The notes under the pieces were generated by a model that ran no database searches, had not been told where the DNA came from, and saw only the letters and a list, made by a program, of their open reading frames with translations. The position numbers and the translations under genes were made by a program. A DNA stretch of 64,000 nt from a virus: positions 69,217 through 133,216 of IMG/VR virus record IMGVR_UViG_3300035696_000012; one strand, written 5' to 3'. Positions within the stretch are counted from its first letter, which is position 1. Each line of letters begins with the position of its first letter. Below are positions 59,625 through 64,000 of the stretch, piece after piece.

Positions 59625-60433
59625 TAAATATGTCTCCACGTTTTTCTTAATATTATTCTACTTACAATACTTGTAGATACCTGATATTCATCAGCCAGTT
59701 CTTTTTGATTATAGTTTCCTGTATTAAATTTATCTCTAATTTCTAAAACTATTTGCTCAGTTACTTTACTTGCAGAGTTCTTCTCGCCAACAAATAACCC
59801 AACTCTACTAATAGCCATTTTTTGCTTTGTTTCTTCTGAAAGAGTTTTACCAAAAAAATGATGATTTTCTCCGGCATTTTTTCCAATTCGGGCTCGTGAT
59901 ATTTTTTCTTTCGTTTCAATACTATGCAATTTACCATAAAATGGATTACCAATACCAGTATTGGCTACAGATCTTTCTAACTTATATTCATCAGAACGTT
60001 TTTTTCCGGTATTTGCTTTAGATATTTTTTGTCGCTCTATATCTGATTTTTTTCTACCTTTATTACCTTTACTAATTTTAGCCCTGGTTTCTGGCGAAGG
60101 ATTTATACCTCCTACACCACCATAGTTCATATTATATCCGTATCCATTTGATATGAATGATCCAAGATAGTCTATCCACCAAGTTTCATATTTATATGTT
60201 TCAGTTTCACTGTTAAATTCTTCAAGAACTTCTATAATAAATTTATCTATACCATATTTTCTTATGGCAGCATGTACTGCCATGAAACCCTTACCATCTC
60301 GATCATAATATACAGCTCTTTTATGTGATTTCCACCTCTCTTCAATATCACTTGTCTTCCCAACATAAATCTTGCCATTTATCAGATTAGTTATCAAATA
60401 GATACAATATCGTTTTTCTTTCCTTGATTTCAT
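59624..60433 (-). mobile_element. GIY-YIG homing endonuclease with NUMOD3-type repeats and a C-terminal HTH
   Basis: CIYLITNLINGKIYVGKTSDIEERWKSH, GYGYNMNYGG, repeated (S)xETxxKIS motifs with NPFYGKLHS and HHFFGKTLS; C-terminal QKELADEYQVSTSIVSRI. Confidence 0.9.
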
Positions 60434-60451
60434 CCGATACCTCTAACCAAG

Positions 60452-60460
60452 ACTATATCA
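60452..60460 (-). promoter_or_regulatory. Candidate promoter motif TGATATAGT upstream of the GIY-YIG gene
   Basis: Intergenic, 18 nt before ATG 60433, followed by an AGAGG SD-like sequence. Confidence 0.4.
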
Positions 60461-60483
60461 GTATACAATAAAACTGATAGAAA

Positions 60484-61344
60484 TTATGGCTTATACTGTA
60501 ATTTACACTGATCATATCCCTGCTGTAAAAGCAAGCGCATCGTAGCGTTGTCAAATGACAACGAGCTATTTGGAAGATCCGATGATGGTCGAATGATTTT
60601 TACATTCAAAAACTTCTTATCTGGTTGGAGACCAGCAGATACTAGCTTATTATACATAAACATCATTTTGATATCTGATTGAACCATTTGATCTGTCATA
60701 TAATCAAAACAACGAAGACCATATGTTACAACATCAACATCATTGAAAGATGATGATGGCATTTTTGGTCCGCATAAAACTATATCTAAATCTGTCGCGC
60801 CCATTGCAATTGCTTCATTGATTGGAGTTGAGTGACGAACTCCGCCATCTGTATATTTGATTCCATTAATTACGATAGGAATTAATCCCATTGGAAATGA
60901 ACTCGACGCAAGTATAGAATCTATAAAATACCCATCATCTTGCGTGAATGTATGATATTTACCCGTGCATATTTCTGTTGCTGAAACCGCTACCTTGTTG
61001 CCAGATGCACGTATTTTATCGAGACTAATATGGTTATGAACAAGATCTATAAGCGGTTGTGAATTATATACTGAATCTGACCATAATCCCTTTACAATAT
61101 TCCACGGACACCAGTTTTTCTTTACGGTTGAATCTTGTATATTATACCATAAATTATACAATGCCTGATATCCTAATTTCTGATCCGCTGGTGCATACTG
61201 AGCCATCCAAGATGCATTTAGCGCACCAACTGAAACGCCAGTAAATAATTGGTATGTGTTACCAAGATCTTCGAAAAGATATTTTAATGCCCCACATTGA
61301 AAACTACCAGCACTCCCGCCACCAGATAAAACTAATGCTCGCAT
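60484..61344 (-). CDS. Patatin-like phospholipase (copy A)
   Basis: SGGGSAG, GVSVG and DGG motifs; start likely ATG 61344 (MRALVL) behind GGGAG. Confidence 0.9.
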   Translation of the reverse strand: MRALVLSGGGSAGSFQCGALKYLFEDLGNTYQLFTGVSVGALNASWMAQYAPADQKLGYQALYNLWYNIQDSTVKKNWCPWNIVKGLWSDSVYNSQPLIDLVHNHISLDKIRASGNKVAVSATEICTGKYHTFTQDDGYFIDSILASSSFPMGLIPIVINGIKYTDGGVRHSTPINEAIAMGATDLDIVLCGPKMPSSSFNDVDVVTYGLRCFDYMTDQMVQSDIKMMFMYNKLVSAGLQPDKKFLNVKIIRPSSDLPNSSLSFDNATMRLLLQQGYDQCKLQYKP

Positions 61345-61381
61345 ATGTACTCCCTGCAATCATACTGGTATATTGGTCGAT

Positions 61382-62365
61382 TTAAGTATTTTTTGTACGA
61401 GCTACTGTAAGTACCCACGTTACTTGTAGTCCAACGTGTCCAGAATTAGTTATAATAACCATATGCATCCATTGCGGTAATACCTTGCGTGGTATCAATG
61501 CAGGTATAACTAAATCAATAGCATTGGAACCATTCATTTGATATTTTGTAACTGGATGCGTAAGATTCAATTGCACCGTGTATAAATCATATGCGCCACG
61601 CTGAATTGCGTTTGGAACAATTGTTCCTTTACCAACTCCTGTTGATGGAGCTGACCAATCCCAAAAACCAGTGCCAGTTAAATTTGGAACCGGTACTGCC
61701 TGTGTTAAATCCACCGAGTTGTTTGTATTGACCCCTGGAACTATAAGAACACTACCTGGACCAACCAAATTAACATTTCCTGTTCCGCTAACCGTTGTTA
61801 CAGTTGTTGCTGGTGCATAAATCCAATAATCTATATAATCTCCAACAACTGCGTTGGCATATATTATTTGACCACCTGCAAGATATAGGTAATCATTATG
61901 ACCCCAAGTAACTGTATGCTCAGTTAAATACCCATCATCACTTGTATGTGTAAAAGGAGTTCCCATACCATTACCAAGAGTAGGATCATCTCCGGCACCA
62001 ATTATTGTCATTTGAACGTTAGCAGAGAACAATGTTGGGAGAGTATTGGGTCTGCCATCCGCCGATCTAGGAATAGTTGATGCATTACCATTTGGCATAT
62101 AATTAGTTAAGAAATCAGTAACATCTAGGTCATTTTGAGTCTGTGAATAATCTGGATCGAATGGAAACCCAGGAGAATTAGTCGTAAAAATAAGAATTGA
62201 TTTGTATGCTATATTTTGATCAAAAGCAAATACGCAATAACCATCAACTTGCACAACATATTGAACGGTAATGTTTTTACTAACAATGATTTGTTTAAAA
62301 TCTAACCATCGTAATGTTACGACCGCTGGACTATTGAATTGTACCTGTTGAGTATATGACATCAC
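61382..62365 (-). CDS. Hypothetical structural protein, about 327 aa
   Basis: Beta-rich, Gly/Thr/Pro-rich; AAGGGA upstream; two DGY. Confidence 0.55.
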   Translation of the reverse strand: MMSYTQQVQFNSPAVVTLRWLDFKQIIVSKNITVQYVVQVDGYCVFAFDQNIAYKSILIFTTNSPGFPFDPDYSQTQNDLDVTDFLTNYMPNGNASTIPRSADGRPNTLPTLFSANVQMTIIGAGDDPTLGNGMGTPFTHTSDDGYLTEHTVTWGHNDYLYLAGGQIIYANAVVGDYIDYWIYAPATTVTTVSGTGNVNLVGPGSVLIVPGVNTNNSVDLTQAVPVPNLTGTGFWDWSAPSTGVGKGTIVPNAIQRGAYDLYTVQLNLTHPVTKYQMNGSNAIDLVIPALIPRKVLPQWMHMVIITNSGHVGLQVTWVLTVARTKNT

Positions 62366-62371
62366 TATCCC

Positions 62372-64000
62372 TTATTCAAAATATCCATTTACAAGTATAG
62401 TACCACGAGTAACCCCTGTGGTTGTTCCATATAGATGCTTACATATGATTAAGAAATACATACCTGGCTGAACTACCAATGGGCAAGTAAATGTCTGTTG
62501 TATTGGTGTACCAGTGTAAATTACACCAACGGCAGAGCTTGCCGGTGCTGTAAATATACCTAACGAATATCTATATCCCGTTGCAGTAGTAGGATTATTA
62601 GAGTTAGCTATCATAAAACTCCATTCCTGAATATTAATACCAGCACCCATAGCCGTAGTAACGAATGGCTGAGGCATATATAACTCGGTTATGTACAGAG
62701 AATATGGAGATGGAACTTGATATCCAAAGATGCCGTATTGAGTTTCAGATCCATTTGCTTGACCAATATCAAAATCTCCACCCAATGTTGTATAGTTGAC
62801 GCCAGTGGATGTAAGTACGGCGGCTGTTGGAGCTGTGGTAAAAATTTGTCCAGTTTGAGCAAAATTAATTGGATCAATACCAGATGATTTGCCAGCACCA
62901 CCTAACTGTTGAGCCCATGGCTTATTTGAATTTACCTCATATCGCCACGCTTGGAAAGAAGTGATTTTCAATTGTGCCGCAGCTCCCGCAACACCAGAAT
63001 TATATACTCGAGCAAAACACGGAATGTGTGAGGTTAAAGACGCTTCCGGAGTAGTAACTGGGATTTGCTCATACACATCAACGATCGGAATACCTCCAGA
63101 ATCTTCAATAATAAATCTAGAGCCACCATCATCTATTGTAACCAAGAACAAATAATAATGTGTAGTGGTCAAAGTTGCAATAACAGCTGAAACAGTTTCT
63201 GTACCATTATAACTTGTAACACATTTTACTTGACCGCTGTTTTGAATGCGGAAGAAAGCGCCATTATTAATTATGGCAGTTGTTCCGGAGGGGGCTCCGA
63301 AACCTAACTCAATAGTTGAATTAGTAGTTTGAGTGGCAAGCGCCCTAAAAGCACATTCAATTGGTGACTCACTTAGTATAGCGCATTGAGTGGCGGTGGT
63401 AATAATAGCATCAGTAGTAGTGGTGGTAGTGGAGTTATTATTAAGTGTTAAAATACCACTTGCTTGAACGGTAGTCATAGTAGTATTGCTGAGAGTCCAT
63501 AACCACGTATTAATAGTCGATTGTTCGACCATATCTAATGCCAATAAAGTCTTATCACCTGGTATATTATAACTCAATCTATCTAATCTTGGTATCCTAC
63601 CAACACCAGATGACTGCCCAATAGTTGGTTGACCTGATTGAACACCAGCAGTCATAGCTGATTTATCGACAACTAACTCCGTACTATTGGGTGACATAGT
63701 AACAACCAACGCTGGATCGGTCGTTGTTGCAGATGTAGATGCTGCCTTAACTGCAACAGCATTAGTGCCGTCTGTAAGTTTAGCCGGTAAGGGCTCACCA
63801 GGATAACTGCTCAATACTTGAACGCGATTAATATCTTCATAGAAGAAATAATCTGTTTGAATGGTTGTGCTGCTAGCTGGAGCAGGAGAGCTGTTATTGA
63901 TTCCTAAAACGGAAAACAATAAATCATATGGTCCAGGTATGTGGAGAGCATTCACTCCAACAATTATACCATCAATAGAACAAGTAACTTGAGTGGCAGA
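62372..64000 (-). CDS. Fibre/structural protein with a ConA-like lectin region; 5' partial (frame open to the window edge)
   Basis: The frame stays open upstream of the track start 63955 to base 64000 (SATQVTCSIDGIIVGVNALH...). Contains TDGTNAVAVKAASTSATTTDPALVVTMSPN and a lectin-like GAFFRIQNSGQVKCVTSYNG...HYYLFLVTI...FIIED segment. Confidence 0.55.
   Translation of the reverse strand, partial: SATQVTCSIDGIIVGVNALHIPGPYDLLFSVLGINNSSPAPASSTTIQTDYFFYEDINRVQVLSSYPGEPLPAKLTDGTNAVAVKAASTSATTTDPALVVTMSPNSTELVVDKSAMTAGVQSGQPTIGQSSGVGRIPRLDRLSYNIPGDKTLLALDMVEQSTINTWLWTLSNTTMTTVQASGILTLNNNSTTTTTTDAIITTATQCAILSESPIECAFRALATQTTNSTIELGFGAPSGTTAIINNGAFFRIQNSGQVKCVTSYNGTETVSAVIATLTTTHYYLFLVTIDDGGSRFIIEDSGGIPIVDVYEQIPVTTPEASLTSHIPCFARVYNSGVAGAAAQLKITSFQAWRYEVNSNKPWAQQLGGAGKSSGIDPINFAQTGQIFTTAPTAAVLTSTGVNYTTLGGDFDIGQANGSETQYGIFGYQVPSPYSLYITELYMPQPFVTTAMGAGINIQEWSFMIANSNNPTTATGYRYSLGIFTAPASSAVGVIYTGTPIQQTFTCPLVVQPGMYFLIICKHLYGTTTGVTRGTILVNGYFE

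Noticed and set aside
57480-60433. Group I intron hosting either endonuclease
   Set aside because: The flanking genes (both patatins, the 107-aa and 183-aa proteins) are each complete, and there is almost no non-coding flank for a ribozyme core. Both endonucleases look free-standing.
58761-61344. Patatins as CBASS CapV-type defence effectors
   Set aside because: No CD-NTase or other CBASS genes nearby; the context is virion morphogenesis.
1638-63155. The many plus-strand ORFs of 60-207 aa lying antisense to long genes (e.g. 1638..1967, 36062..36442, 40989..41612, 55421..55792, 55883..56383) and short alternative-frame ORFs
   Set aside because: They are fully nested in well-supported minus-strand genes, have no RBS or motifs, and their V/P/A/I-rich composition is the expected mirror of Thr/Gly/Asn-rich coding DNA.
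1-64000. Alternative genetic code (TAG or TGA reassignment) as seen in some jumbo phages
   Set aside because: Code-11 ORFs tile the window almost completely, and TAG terminates genes cleanly (e.g. 33588, 45608, 46014) with a new RBS and start right after.
1-64000. tRNA, rRNA or CRISPR arrays
   Set aside because: Intergenic gaps are nearly all under 160 nt; no cloverleaf/T-loop context or regularly spaced direct repeats were seen.

Overview
AT-rich (roughly 30% GC by eye), densely coding segment of a large contractile-tailed (myovirus-type, probably jumbo) bacteriophage in standard code 11. Almost the whole window is a minus-strand virion morphogenesis cluster. Read from 64000 towards 1 it contains: fibre/decoration-like genes; two patatin phospholipases flanking a GIY-YIG endonuclease; an antisense zinc-ribbon endonuclease; capsid decoration/fibre proteins; a cold-shock protein; a plus-strand three-gene island; a head-tail adaptor; a J-domain protein; an HExxH peptidase; head closure; beta-helix tailspikes; a holin; tail terminator; sheath; tube; a tail assembly chaperone with a -1 programmed frameshift; tape measure; tube initiator; hub; spike; two unknown baseplate-region proteins; gp25-like; baseplate J-like; a giant LamG-containing wedge protein; a dockerin-like protein; a 12x Ig-repeat protein; and a GT-B glycosyltransferase cut by the window edge and missed by the ORF track. 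The most unusual signal is a strongly over-represented Asp-Gly-Tyr (DGY) tripeptide. By manual count it makes up about 36 of about 130 DG dipeptides, uses varied synonymous codons, and occurs mainly in predicted outer virion proteins. It is absent from the tube, tape measure, hub, spike and chaperone, suggesting an uncharacterised virion-wide docking or modification signal. All product calls rest on motifs and gene order recognised by eye; no database searches were run. No tRNA, rRNA or CRISPR array was seen.
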